Below, in pieces: positions 33,675-43,867 of a stretch of 64,000 nucleotides of DNA. Every line of letters starts with the position of its first letter. The stretch's first letter is position 1. The notes beneath the pieces are model-generated. The model searched no databases. It had not been told where the DNA came from and saw only the letters and a program-made list of their open reading frames with translations. The stretch covers positions 1 to 64,000 of IMG/VR virus record IMGVR_UViG_3300027659_000011. One strand, written 5' to 3'. This DNA is from a virus. The position numbers were made by a program, and so were the translations under genes.

Positions 33675-35099
33675 ATGGCAGCAACATTTAATCTAGTAAG
33701 AAATAGTAGAGTATTCTACACTACTAATGTAAACGCAAATACCGGCGTAGTAGCCGCTAGCGGTTTTACTACTGGAAATACACTAGAACTTCAAGTTTTA
33801 GATGGATTTACTTTTGGTCAAACTTCAAACGCAGACACAATCACAATTTCTGAAGCAGGTGCTACACCTACTCGAGGTCAGCGATCTTTCAACACAAGTT
33901 TAGGTCAAGCGGACTTCTCGTTCTCCACCTATATTAGACCTTCTAAGGCCGGTACTGTAGGCTCCGTTGTAAAATGCGAAGAGTCAGTACTATGGAATTC
34001 CTTACTTGGTTCTGTAGCTATCGGTGCATCAAATGCTATTGGAGTTGATTATACAGCTGCTTTAACAACACCTACTGCTGTTGGTTATACGGGCGGTACT
34101 CTAACAGTTACTGGCGCCACTGGCGACTTAGTAGTTGGTGAAACAGTTATGATGACTGGTCACGCAACAGCAGACCATAATACTGCTATTCGGATTACTG
34201 CAGTTACTGCAGGTACTAGCTGGGAAGGTCAGTGGTTATCAAACCCTGCTACACCAAGCACAACAGCTGCAGACTATGACAATGTAATCTTACGCAGAAC
34301 AGCTTGGAATGAACAAGGTACTGCTTACGCAGAAGTTACAACCTCTTTAAGTAACAAAAATCAACTAGTTAAGTTTGGTATGATTATGGTAGTTGATTCA
34401 ATTACTTATGTAATTGATAACTGCTGTTTAAATCAAGCCGACATTCAATTTGGTTTAGATGGTATTGCAATGGTAGCTTGGACAGGTATGGGAACAGCCC
34501 TACGTCAAGTTGCAACAACAGCTGCATTTGCCACTACTACACCATTTGCAATTACTGGTGGACTAACTGGTAACTACACATACAAAAATACTACTGCTGA
34601 TTTTATTACTAATAAGCTAAGTACTGTTACCCTAAAAACAGGTATCAAAGGTTCTGGAACCGCATACAATCTAGCCTTAACAGGTGGACAAGTAACAATT
34701 AACAATAATGTTACATATGTAACACCTGCTAACCTTGGCGTTGTTAATCAACCAGTAGGATACTACACAGGTACTCGTGCTATTTCAGGTAATGTAACAG
34801 CCTACTTACGTACAGGTACTACTAATACTGCAGGATTACTTAATACGTTACTAGCAGCATCTTCTACATCTGCTGGAATTGAGCCACAGTATCAACTTAT
34901 TGTATATGTAGGCGGAGCTTCTGCTACTACACGTGTTGAACTTGAAATGCCAATGGCGTTTGTACAGATTCCAACAATTGATGCTCAAGCAGTTCTATCA
35001 ACCACAATTAACTTTACTGCTGAAGGTCATATCAATGACGCAAGCGGTATTGATATCGAAAATACTAATGAACTAGAAGTTCGTTATTTCCGCGCTTAA
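33675..35099 (+). CDS. Major tail tube protein (T5 pb6-like)
   Basis: LQVLDGFTF.Q, FSTYIRP, TGTRAISGNVTAYL; synteny. Confidence 0.85.
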   Translation: MAATFNLVRNSRVFYTTNVNANTGVVAASGFTTGNTLELQVLDGFTFGQTSNADTITISEAGATPTRGQRSFNTSLGQADFSFSTYIRPSKAGTVGSVVKCEESVLWNSLLGSVAIGASNAIGVDYTAALTTPTAVGYTGGTLTVTGATGDLVVGETVMMTGHATADHNTAIRITAVTAGTSWEGQWLSNPATPSTTAADYDNVILRRTAWNEQGTAYAEVTTSLSNKNQLVKFGMIMVVDSITYVIDNCCLNQADIQFGLDGIAMVAWTGMGTALRQVATTAAFATTTPFAITGGLTGNYTYKNTTADFITNKLSTVTLKTGIKGSGTAYNLALTGGQVTINNNVTYVTPANLGVVNQPVGYYTGTRAISGNVTAYLRTGTTNTAGLLNTLLAASSTSAGIEPQYQLIVYVGGASATTRVELEMPMAFVQIPTIDAQAVLSTTINFTAEGHINDASGIDIENTNELEVRYFRA

Positions 35100-35110
35100 G
35101 CGGTTTTTAC

Positions 35111-35142
35111 AGGTGCCGGCTTGATCATCGGCACCTCTTTTT
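35111..35142 (+). terminator. Terminator after tail tube gene
   Basis: AGGTGCCG...CGGCACCT followed by CTTTTT. Confidence 0.7.
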
Positions 35143-35169
35143 AGTGTTATTATAATAGGAAAAAAATCA

Positions 35170-35601
35170 ATGTCAACAGCAGCACCTGCTCTATCATTAA
35201 AATCATTACTAGTACCCAGTAAAACAGTCGAAGTAGACTATCCTGGACTTAATGGATTCAAAGTCAATGTAGTATTTTTATCAAGAGAAAAACTTGTTGA
35301 AATTCGAAAGAAAGCAACAAAGACAGCTTGGAAAAATCGTCAAGCGACTGATGAACTAGACGATAAGTTGTTTCTACAACTTTACGTAAATGCTTGTATC
35401 AAAGGCTGGAAAGGCCTAAAACTAAGTTATCTTGAGCAACTAGCTCCAGTAGACTTAGCAGGACAAGATCTAGAAAGCGAACTGCCCTACGATCAAGATA
35501 ATGCCCTATTCTTAATGCAGAGTTCTGCAAATTTTGACGCCTTTATTTCGGAAACTGTTAGCGAGCTAGCAAATTTCACGAAGACCAGTACATCGAGTTA
35601 A
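35170..35601 (+). CDS. Tail assembly chaperone
   Basis: Between tail tube and tape measure; IKGWKGL motif; slippery AAATTTC near the 3' end. Confidence 0.8.
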   Translation: MSTAAPALSLKSLLVPSKTVEVDYPGLNGFKVNVVFLSREKLVEIRKKATKTAWKNRQATDELDDKLFLQLYVNACIKGWKGLKLSYLEQLAPVDLAGQDLESELPYDQDNALFLMQSSANFDAFISETVSELANFTKTSTSS

Positions 35602-35966
35602 ATAAGTTACTAAAATCTTACTTTGATAATAGCAGTCTTAAAATGACAAAAGAAGCATATTTTGAAATGTGCGAGGCACTTGGTAGTGAGCCTGAAGAGT
35701 CTGAGATCCCAGTGGATTTTGCAGATTTACCAGACGAAGTACAATATGCATTTGGAGTTTACGGTAAGTTACGAGATGAGTGGGATGGGTTCAATGGAGT
35801 GTATCTTGGAAAAAATTTCACAGGTATACTTGATATATTTAATATATTAGATGTGCCGGTCGAAAATAAACGCGGATTATTTGAGTTAATATCAATTATT
35901 GATATTCATAGGTCTAATGCAATAGCACAGAACAAAGAAGCTAAAAAGTCAGAGCAATCAAAATGA
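35571..35966 (+). CDS. Tail assembly chaperone, -1 frameshift extension (gpGT-like)
   Basis: A AAT TTC at 35571-35577; the -1 frame is open for 24 codons into ORF 35643-35966. Confidence 0.75.
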   Translation, partial: KFHEDQYIELNKLLKSYFDNSSLKMTKEAYFEMCEALGSEPEESEIPVDFADLPDEVQYAFGVYGKLRDEWDGFNGVYLGKNFTGILDIFNILDVPVENKRGLFELISIIDIHRSNAIAQNKEAKKSEQSK

Positions 35967-35967
35967 G

Positions 35968-36001
35968 AAACCCCTATACTGAAAGGTATAGGGGTTTTTT
36001 T
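35968..36001 (+). terminator. Rho-independent terminator
   Basis: AAACCCCTATAC-TGAAAG-GTATAGGGG followed by T7. Confidence 0.85.
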
Positions 36002-36023
36002 ATGAGTTAAAAAAATTTGCTTA

Positions 36024-36052
36024 TTGACTTCTGCGTGCTCGCGTGCTATAAT
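36024..36052 (+). promoter_or_regulatory. Promoter for tape measure gene
   Basis: TTGACT-17-TATAAT. Confidence 0.75.
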
Positions 36053-36105
36053 GTGGAGGATGAAATAATATTACATTGTTTTAAAAGATGTTTATTGGAG
36101 GCCGC

Positions 36106-39100
36106 ATGGCAACAGAACAATCAACGATTGAAGTAAACGTACTCACCAAGGGCTTAACTGAAGCCACGGCGAGTGCGCAGAAATTACATGATATAATGAA
36201 GGCAACTTCGAACATAGCCGCGAATATTCGTATTCCTACGGCTGTTCAGGCTGCCCAAGAACAAGTAGCTGCTACAAATAATAGAAGATCTTCACCAGTT
36301 ATGGCTGGTTCGACTCCTAAAGGTGGAGGCAAGGGCAATGAGTATGGTACTGCAAGAGGTACTCTAGGCACAGGCGCTGAAGGCCGAGACTTCGCTAAAC
36401 AAGCTCAAGGTCTTGGTGGACTAGTACACGTTTATGCTACATTTGCAGCTAACTTATTTGCTGTTTCCGCAGCATTTTCTGCACTTTCAAAAGCAGCAGA
36501 TACTACTAACATTATCAAAGGTTTAGATCAACTAGGTGCCCAAAGTGGTAGATCTCTTGGCGGAGTTGCCAAGGCTATGGTTGAAGTTACTGGTGGTGCT
36601 TTAAGTTTAAGAGAAGCAATGACTTCTACAGCGCTTGCAAGTTCTGCAGGCATGACTAATGCTGCCATGATAAGAATGACTGAAGTAGCTAAAAAGGCTA
36701 GTTTGGCTCTTGGTAGAGATATGGGCGATTCTATGGATCGTCTTACAAAAGGTATTGCTAAAGTTCAGCCCGAACTATTAGACGAACTTGGTATTATGGC
36801 TAGGGTTATTCCTTCTCAAGAAAAATATGCTAGAGAATTAGGTAAATCCGTAAGTGCTTTAACTGACTTTGAAAAGAAGCAAGCGTTTGCTAATGCTGTA
36901 TTAGAAGAAGGTGAAAGAAAATTTAGTTCAATTAATATTGATACTAATCCCTATACACAACTGTCAGCAAGTTTAGCTAACGTAGCGCAGACTGGCCTAG
37001 AGTTAGTAAATACCGTACTTGGACCATTAGCCTCAAGCTTAGCAAAAAGTCCAACAGCATTAGGACTAGCACTTACAGGTATTGCCGGTATATTATTAAA
37101 ACAAGCCATTCCAGCACTAGGACAATACAGAAAAGGGCTTGAAGCAGTAAATGCAGAAAACTTGAAAAAAGTTTCTGAAATGCAGAAGATTCAAGGTGAA
37201 GCAGGTTATGATTACGATACTAAAATCGTAGGCGAACGAGCACGTAAAAAATATTTAGTAGAAAAAGACTTTGCTACAAAGTCTCTAGATGAGCAAAAAA
37301 AGATAACGGCCCAAGCAAATAAAATTGCAGATGCAGCAGCAGAAGCCTCAGCAGCTAGAGCAACTAGTTTACTAGGTCACGAAACGACAACTAATAAAAT
37401 TCGTGACAGAATGTATCAAACCACTGCTATAAGTGGTGCAAAATATAATGTAAGCCAAATTCAAGGCGCATATGGTATGACTGCAGCATTTTCACAACTA
37501 AGTGAAGAGATGACAAAACTTCAATCTAAAACTAATACTATTGATGTTGGTGGTGGATTGATGCGCCAAGTCCCTGCAATTAATAAATTTAGCGCAGCAC
37601 TAGTAGGTATATCTGGAGCCATAGCTATTATAGGAACTACAATAGGTACTTTAATAAATCGTTTCGCACCATGGATTATAGCAATTACAGCTTTTGCATC
37701 TGCTGTATCGTTTTTAATAGATTACTTTAAAACAGCTACTACAGCAGTAAATGCTTCAGCAAAAGCCCTTGAAGGAATAACCACAGCAGCTAAAACCATA
37801 GGCGATACTCTTGATGCTATAGAGAAAAAACCATTTTTAGAGCAAATTAGTAATGCATCTGTACAAGCTAAAGCTGCGGCCATAAATGAACTTAGTTCAA
37901 GCTTAGGGCTACTAGTAAAACGCAATAAAGAAGCCAGTGAAAAAGTAGCAAAAGGTAGTTATGCGGATTCAATTGGAGATCAACGCTTGACTTACCGTTT
38001 AGATAGAGCCTATAAGGTAGGAGACGCCTATACAAGTAATTTAGGTAGAGAACTAGCAGATGGAACACAACAAGCATTAGTTGCAGCTTCTAAGTTAATA
38101 GTAGGTAGCACAGAAGAAGCAACCTACAGAGCCAGTATTAAGAATATATTAGGTATATCATATAGCGACTCAGATAATTTAGAAAAACAACTGAAAAATA
38201 TACCAGACGAATTAATTAAGAAATTACCTAAATTACAAAAATCTTTAGAGGATACCAATAAAGCTATAAATAATGCAGCGTCCGCAGGTAAAGAGCTTGA
38301 TGACGCTTGGACTGCAGCTACAAAAACTTTTGATAATTTAATGACTAGTTTAGCTATAACAGATCCACTTGGCAAACTAGGTGATGAAACTATTAAAGTT
38401 GGTATAGCCATGACTAAGGCTTTTGAAGATCCTGCAAATAAATTAGCAGAATTAAGTAAAACTTCTAAGGATATGTCTAGACTAAGATTTATGTCCCCTG
38501 AAACTGCAAAAGACATGATGTTATTTGCAGGACAATTAGATCAATCCGCTAAAAAAGTAGACAAGCTAAAAGAAAAATTAAAAACTTCTAGAGAAAATGA
38601 AAATAAATCTTCTAAAGAAGTCGGAATGTTTGGAAAATTCACAGACTTTTTAGGAATTACAGATAATCCTGGTGATTTAAAGAAAGCACAACAAGAGTCT
38701 AAAAATATTAACAAACAGATTGCTGCTGAAGCTAATAATGTAGAATACCAAAAATTATACTTAAAATCTCAAGATGAAGTATTTGCTAAAGGTGCAAAAC
38801 TTGTAAACGATTCTATAAGTCAATCATTTGCTAAAGCAAATATTGCCTTAAGCCAAACCGTTTTAGCTAATGCAGGAAATACTAAAGAAGGTATAAGAGC
38901 ATTAGCAGATTTAGCAAAACAACAAATAGATGTTGAATCTGGCAATCTTAATGCAATGCTTCAATTAGCAATAGTTACCAGTGAACTAGCTAAAATTCAA
39001 GAAGAAATATTAATTGCAGAAAAACGCAAAGAATTAAAAAGAGATAATAAAGACGGTAATATTAGCAATGAGGATTTTAAACGTCAATCAAGCGAGCTTA

Positions 39101-42100
39101 CTAAAAGAGCAATTATACTAGAAACATCTAGAGAAAAGCAAAATGCTTCATTTAAAAATAATGCTGCAGACTTAAATGCCACAGGTCCAGGCTCAGACAT
39201 TACAAGACGAGCTGCTCAAATGAATTACCCTTTAGTGTCTATGACAGAATCAGTAAGAGCACAATTAGCTTTAAATACAGCTAAAAAAATGGGTATAGAC
39301 ATTGATGCAAAAGGTAAAGAAATACTACTTGATATTGATGGAATTATCCGTCGTAATGATTTGACATCTAAAGGTTTAAGTCTAAAAGCTGCAGAATTAG
39401 GTCTTCTTGCTCAAAGTTCTCAGTATGAAAGTGAAGCTGCAGTATTGCAAAAACAAAGTATTGATCGCAGTATTACAGATCTTGCACAAGAAAAAGAGAG
39501 ACTAAACATAGTTGGTCAAATAAAAGACGCAGAAATGCGTGCTAGTCAGGCAACAGATCCAAAAACTAAAGCCACAGCTAATGCCAGTGCACTGAAGTTT
39601 AGAAATGATCTAGCTGATAAAGAAAAACAGATTGCAATGGATGTTCAAATACTGGATCTTAAAAATATCCAAGAACTAAAAAATGCAAAAATTGCAGAAT
39701 TTAACTACTTAAAGGATTTCCAGTTATTAAATAATACAATTAATACTGAGAGTTTGTCAGCAATTCAATCTACTACTAGTTTATATTTAGACTTTGTACA
39801 ACAGCAAAAGGCCGGTATAGAACTAAGTAACTTAAAACTTAATTTTGATAAGCAGTCTAACGCAGAGTTACAAAATCAAATTATATTACAAGATCGACTA
39901 AATAAACTCAGAAGAGATTCTAGCTCAGATCCTAAAACAGTATTAATAGCACAAGAGGCACTATCACAGTCTACAGCAAAAATAGCTCAAACTCAAATGA
40001 AGTACGAAGCTGATGTTGCCAACGTCAACATTAAAAATCAAAAGCTAAGATTAGACGGATTGGAATCAATACGTAAAAGACAAGCAGATTTAGCTTTTTC
40101 AGAAATAGAAAGCGCTAATAAAATAGCTCTTATTAAACTAGATGCAGAAGATAAGTTAATTCAGGCAAAACTAAGTTTAGGTAGAATTTCTGAAACTACA
40201 GCTGCCAGAATGACAGCAAAACTTGCTCAAGATAGATTTGAGAAAGAACTAGATACTCAAAGTAAGGCAGAGAAAAAACTTCAAGAAGAAGAATTTAATG
40301 CTAAACTGGCTAGAGCAGATCAGCTAAATAGTGCTTTAACCGAGCTAAATAGAGAGCAAGAAACTGAACGTGTAGAAGCAGCACGTAAAGCCCAAGAAGA
40401 GATTGACAAACTTAGAAAAACACCAGTTTCTATACCTGGACAAGATATACCAGGATCTAAGTCTCAAGATGTCATTGACACTGGTATAGCTCAACAAGTA
40501 GAAAAGCTTAATAATCTTCAAGAAGTTCAAAACAAGCAAGCTCAAGAAACAAGAAACAATTTTGCACTACAAGATAGTGAAGCTACTAGTGCTGCAAATA
40601 GACGCGTAGCTGAACAAGGTGCTTTAAATACGCTTAAAAAACAAGAGCTACAGTACGCATTTCAGATTGGTGAACAACAAGCTAAACTTAACCAATTATC
40701 TAAAGACCAAGCTTTCTACACAGAAATGGCAGAATCAGCTGCAAAAAGTTTTGCAGCAGGATTAACAGATGCTGGTAAAGCTATGGGTGATGTAATTAAG
40801 TTATTTGCACAAACTGCAACAATAACAGAAAAATATAACATCGAAAGACTTAATGCTGAAAAAGCCATAGCCGATAAAGCAGGAAAAACAGCAGAAGATC
40901 AGAAAAGAGATGTAACAAATCTTAATCAATTAGATGCAAAATATTATGCAAGTAAGCTTGATGGGGCCGCTAGTATAGCTAGTGCTTCTGCAGGTTTATT
41001 TGATAAAGATAGTAAAACTTATAAACAGTTGATGAGTTTAGAAAAAGCGTTTCACTTAATGAAAATTGCTGGTATGGTATTTCAACAAGCTATGTTCCTA
41101 AAAGACTGGGTTGTTAGAATGACTAGTACTAAAGCAGAGATGGCTTTAACTGGTACTAAAAATGCCACTGATACTGGAAGCTCAATGTTTGGTAGCTTGG
41201 GTAAAATGTTTGGTTTTGGTGGTCCTAGTACTGCTGCTGCCGGCACTGCTAGTCAGACTGCACTAGTTACAACAGATCTAGCTATGGGCGGAGGTGCAAT
41301 GGCTGGAAACGCAGCAACAACTGCAGCAACCGCAACTGGTGGAGCCACAGCAGGAGCAGCAGGAGCAGGTGGCATGGGTGCAAGTCTAATGGCCGCAGGC
41401 CCTTATGTATTAGCAGCAGTTGCTGTATACAAGCTACTTGGGCTTGGTGATAAAAAACCACCAGGACCAACTCCTGAAGAACTAGCCTCAGTTAGTGGTA
41501 CGGGTATGCGTTATAATGCTGCAGGCAAACTAGAAGCAACAGGTACAGGTGCTTTAGGAGATGCTAAAGCAGCTAATGAAAGCATAGCAAAAAGTATTGA
41601 CTATTTAGGTAAAATTAACTACGAAAACTTACAGTTTGATAAAAATAAAGCCCTAGTAGCATTAGAAGCTATTAGAGATAATACTGAAAACTTTGTAAAT
41701 TCAATTGGAGCAACTGGTAAAATAGGAGATATGACCGCAGGTGGAGTAGAGTTAAACAAGAAAAGCGGATTCTTAGGATTTAGTTCCAGCGCTACTAGTT
41801 TAGCAGCTAGTGGTGTAATTATATCTGGTACTATCGGTCAAATTGCTGATGGGCTGGGAGGATCTGTTAAAAAGTTTGAAGATATTAGAACACAGACTAG
41901 TAAGTGGTGGGGTTTAAAAACCCGCACCACTATAGACCGTTCATATCAAGAAGTAAACCAGGATGCAAAAGATTTTCTACAAGCTACAGTAGGTAGTTTT
42001 AGAGCAGGAATTCAGGCGTCAGCAGCTGCATTTGGTCAAGACGGTGGAATATTAAAACCAATTATTGATCAAATGGATATCAGCTTTACTGCATATCAAA

Positions 42101-43761
42101 CGGGTGAAACCAGTGCTGATTTTGCTAAAAGAGTTGAACAAGAACTTGGAAATAAACTAGACCTAGCATTCAAAACCGTATTCCCAGGAATAGAAAATTT
42201 AGCAAATAGATTTCAAAACTTTGGTGAAACCCTATCTGAATTTGCATTTAGAGTTCAAGGGGACTCAGAGCAGATCAAATTTGCATTTCAATCAATTGGT
42301 CAAGCTTATATTACTAAGCCAGGCACTGACGCAATGATTCAAAGAGAATACGAACAAAGCTTAATTAAAGCATTTGGTGGATCTCAAGAACTGTTTTCAG
42401 CTATTGATAAATATGGAAATAGTATGCTTACTGAAGCCGAAAGACTTGCTCCAGTACGTGATAACGTCAATAAGAAATTATTAGAGCTATTTCCTGCATT
42501 GCAATCAGGTGGTAAATCCTTAATTACTACCAGAGAAGAATTTAATAATCTCAGAAAAACTCTTGATCCTCTTAGTCCTGCTACTGCAGATTTATGGGCA
42601 CAAATGACTAGACTTGGTCCAGCATTTGCTTCAGTTACTGAAGAAGCTAATAATTTAGCAGAAACGGAACTTAAGAAAGCTAAACAAGATCAGTTATTAA
42701 CTATATTAGCTCTTAAAAATGACGATATAAGCAAATTAAAAGCTTTAACACTTACTAGACAGCGTGAATTAGATGCTATGGATGATTTACTAAAACCAAA
42801 TCAACTATATATCTATGCCCTACAAGATGAAGCAGCTGCAAAAGATAAGCTACAGACTTCTTATGACAAAGTTAAAACAGCAATTAATAGTACTATTGAT
42901 AGTTTAAAATCTCAGGTTACTGTGTTACAGGATTATAAGAAAAATCTACAGATGAGTGACAAAGGTAATCTAACACCACAAGAAGCTTATGCAGCTTCTA
43001 AAGGACAGTTAGATTCAGCTGCTGCTTTAGCACAGCAAACACTTGGAGCAGGAGCTTCTAAAGCAGAAATTGCTGCAAGAGATAAAGCTGTTTCAAGTTT
43101 ACCCAATTTAATAGATCAATTCTTAAATCAATCTAGAACTTCTTTTGCTAGTGGTGATCAATATCAAGCTGATTACTCTTGGGTAAATGGTTTGCTTGAT
43201 ACTACTACTGCACAATTAACAGCTCAAGAAACTGACGCAGAAAGACAGTTAAGTGTTTTAAATAATAGTGTTAGTTATTTAACTACAATTGATGAAAATA
43301 CTAAAACAACAGCAAGCCTAATGGGAGAATTCATAGCTAATCAAGTTAGTTATGAAACTGCAGCACTAAGTGCTACAAAGCTTCTAACAGAAGAGTTAAA
43401 AGGTATATTATCAAGTTTACCTACAAAAGTAAAAGGATATGCTTCTGGCGGCTTAGCTGGTAGAGGTATAAACATGGTTGGAGAACAAGGACCAGAGTTA
43501 GTAGATTTCGCCTCACCAGGTAGAGTCTATACAGCTGGACAGACCGCTGCTTTTGGAGATAATACTGCACTAGTTGCTGAGTTAAAAGCTTTAAGAGATG
43601 AAATGTCTCAGTTACGTTCGGAACAAAAAGAACAAACTGGACATATTATTCAAAGCAATTATGATGCTAACCAGAAAAATGCGCAAGCAGTTTCTAATGT
43701 TACAGAAAATGCTATTAAGCAACAGACGTGGAAAGAACGTTCTCAAGTTGTAATAGCTTAA
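36106..43761 (+). CDS. Tape measure protein (~2550 aa)
   Basis: GGAGG RBS; T5 pb2-like N-terminus (GGLVHVYATFAAN, PELLDELGI); long Ala/Lys/Gln-rich coiled coil; C-terminal GYASGG...VGEQGPE. Confidence 0.9.
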   Translation: MATEQSTIEVNVLTKGLTEATASAQKLHDIMKATSNIAANIRIPTAVQAAQEQVAATNNRRSSPVMAGSTPKGGGKGNEYGTARGTLGTGAEGRDFAKQAQGLGGLVHVYATFAANLFAVSAAFSALSKAADTTNIIKGLDQLGAQSGRSLGGVAKAMVEVTGGALSLREAMTSTALASSAGMTNAAMIRMTEVAKKASLALGRDMGDSMDRLTKGIAKVQPELLDELGIMARVIPSQEKYARELGKSVSALTDFEKKQAFANAVLEEGERKFSSINIDTNPYTQLSASLANVAQTGLELVNTVLGPLASSLAKSPTALGLALTGIAGILLKQAIPALGQYRKGLEAVNAENLKKVSEMQKIQGEAGYDYDTKIVGERARKKYLVEKDFATKSLDEQKKITAQANKIADAAAEASAARATSLLGHETTTNKIRDRMYQTTAISGAKYNVSQIQGAYGMTAAFSQLSEEMTKLQSKTNTIDVGGGLMRQVPAINKFSAALVGISGAIAIIGTTIGTLINRFAPWIIAITAFASAVSFLIDYFKTATTAVNASAKALEGITTAAKTIGDTLDAIEKKPFLEQISNASVQAKAAAINELSSSLGLLVKRNKEASEKVAKGSYADSIGDQRLTYRLDRAYKVGDAYTSNLGRELADGTQQALVAASKLIVGSTEEATYRASIKNILGISYSDSDNLEKQLKNIPDELIKKLPKLQKSLEDTNKAINNAASAGKELDDAWTAATKTFDNLMTSLAITDPLGKLGDETIKVGIAMTKAFEDPANKLAELSKTSKDMSRLRFMSPETAKDMMLFAGQLDQSAKKVDKLKEKLKTSRENENKSSKEVGMFGKFTDFLGITDNPGDLKKAQQESKNINKQIAAEANNVEYQKLYLKSQDEVFAKGAKLVNDSISQSFAKANIALSQTVLANAGNTKEGIRALADLAKQQIDVESGNLNAMLQLAIVTSELAKIQEEILIAEKRKELKRDNKDGNISNEDFKRQSSELTKRAIILETSREKQNASFKNNAADLNATGPGSDITRRAAQMNYPLVSMTESVRAQLALNTAKKMGIDIDAKGKEILLDIDGIIRRNDLTSKGLSLKAAELGLLAQSSQYESEAAVLQKQSIDRSITDLAQEKERLNIVGQIKDAEMRASQATDPKTKATANASALKFRNDLADKEKQIAMDVQILDLKNIQELKNAKIAEFNYLKDFQLLNNTINTESLSAIQSTTSLYLDFVQQQKAGIELSNLKLNFDKQSNAELQNQIILQDRLNKLRRDSSSDPKTVLIAQEALSQSTAKIAQTQMKYEADVANVNIKNQKLRLDGLESIRKRQADLAFSEIESANKIALIKLDAEDKLIQAKLSLGRISETTAARMTAKLAQDRFEKELDTQSKAEKKLQEEEFNAKLARADQLNSALTELNREQETERVEAARKAQEEIDKLRKTPVSIPGQDIPGSKSQDVIDTGIAQQVEKLNNLQEVQNKQAQETRNNFALQDSEATSAANRRVAEQGALNTLKKQELQYAFQIGEQQAKLNQLSKDQAFYTEMAESAAKSFAAGLTDAGKAMGDVIKLFAQTATITEKYNIERLNAEKAIADKAGKTAEDQKRDVTNLNQLDAKYYASKLDGAASIASASAGLFDKDSKTYKQLMSLEKAFHLMKIAGMVFQQAMFLKDWVVRMTSTKAEMALTGTKNATDTGSSMFGSLGKMFGFGGPSTAAAGTASQTALVTTDLAMGGGAMAGNAATTAATATGGATAGAAGAGGMGASLMAAGPYVLAAVAVYKLLGLGDKKPPGPTPEELASVSGTGMRYNAAGKLEATGTGALGDAKAANESIAKSIDYLGKINYENLQFDKNKALVALEAIRDNTENFVNSIGATGKIGDMTAGGVELNKKSGFLGFSSSATSLAASGVIISGTIGQIADGLGGSVKKFEDIRTQTSKWWGLKTRTTIDRSYQEVNQDAKDFLQATVGSFRAGIQASAAAFGQDGGILKPIIDQMDISFTAYQTGETSADFAKRVEQELGNKLDLAFKTVFPGIENLANRFQNFGETLSEFAFRVQGDSEQIKFAFQSIGQAYITKPGTDAMIQREYEQSLIKAFGGSQELFSAIDKYGNSMLTEAERLAPVRDNVNKKLLELFPALQSGGKSLITTREEFNNLRKTLDPLSPATADLWAQMTRLGPAFASVTEEANNLAETELKKAKQDQLLTILALKNDDISKLKALTLTRQRELDAMDDLLKPNQLYIYALQDEAAAKDKLQTSYDKVKTAINSTIDSLKSQVTVLQDYKKNLQMSDKGNLTPQEAYAASKGQLDSAAALAQQTLGAGASKAEIAARDKAVSSLPNLIDQFLNQSRTSFASGDQYQADYSWVNGLLDTTTAQLTAQETDAERQLSVLNNSVSYLTTIDENTKTTASLMGEFIANQVSYETAALSATKLLTEELKGILSSLPTKVKGYASGGLAGRGINMVGEQGPELVDFASPGRVYTAGQTAAFGDNTALVAELKALRDEMSQLRSEQKEQTGHIIQSNYDANQKNAQAVSNVTENAIKQQTWKERSQVVIA

Positions 43762-43765
43762 AATC

Positions 43766-43793
43766 AGCCCCAGCTTTGCCTGGGGCTTTTTTT
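43766..43793 (+). terminator. Rho-independent terminator
   Basis: AGCCCCAG-loop-CTGGGGCT followed by a T tract. Confidence 0.8.
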
Positions 43794-43813
43794 GTGCCAA
43801 ACAAAAATTATGC

Positions 43814-43842
43814 TTGACTAAATATGCTTAAACGAGTATAAT
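43814..43842 (+). promoter_or_regulatory. Promoter for tail tip operon
   Basis: TTGACT-17-TATAAT. Confidence 0.75.
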
Positions 43843-43867
43843 ATAGTAGATTGATATAGGAGCGCTT

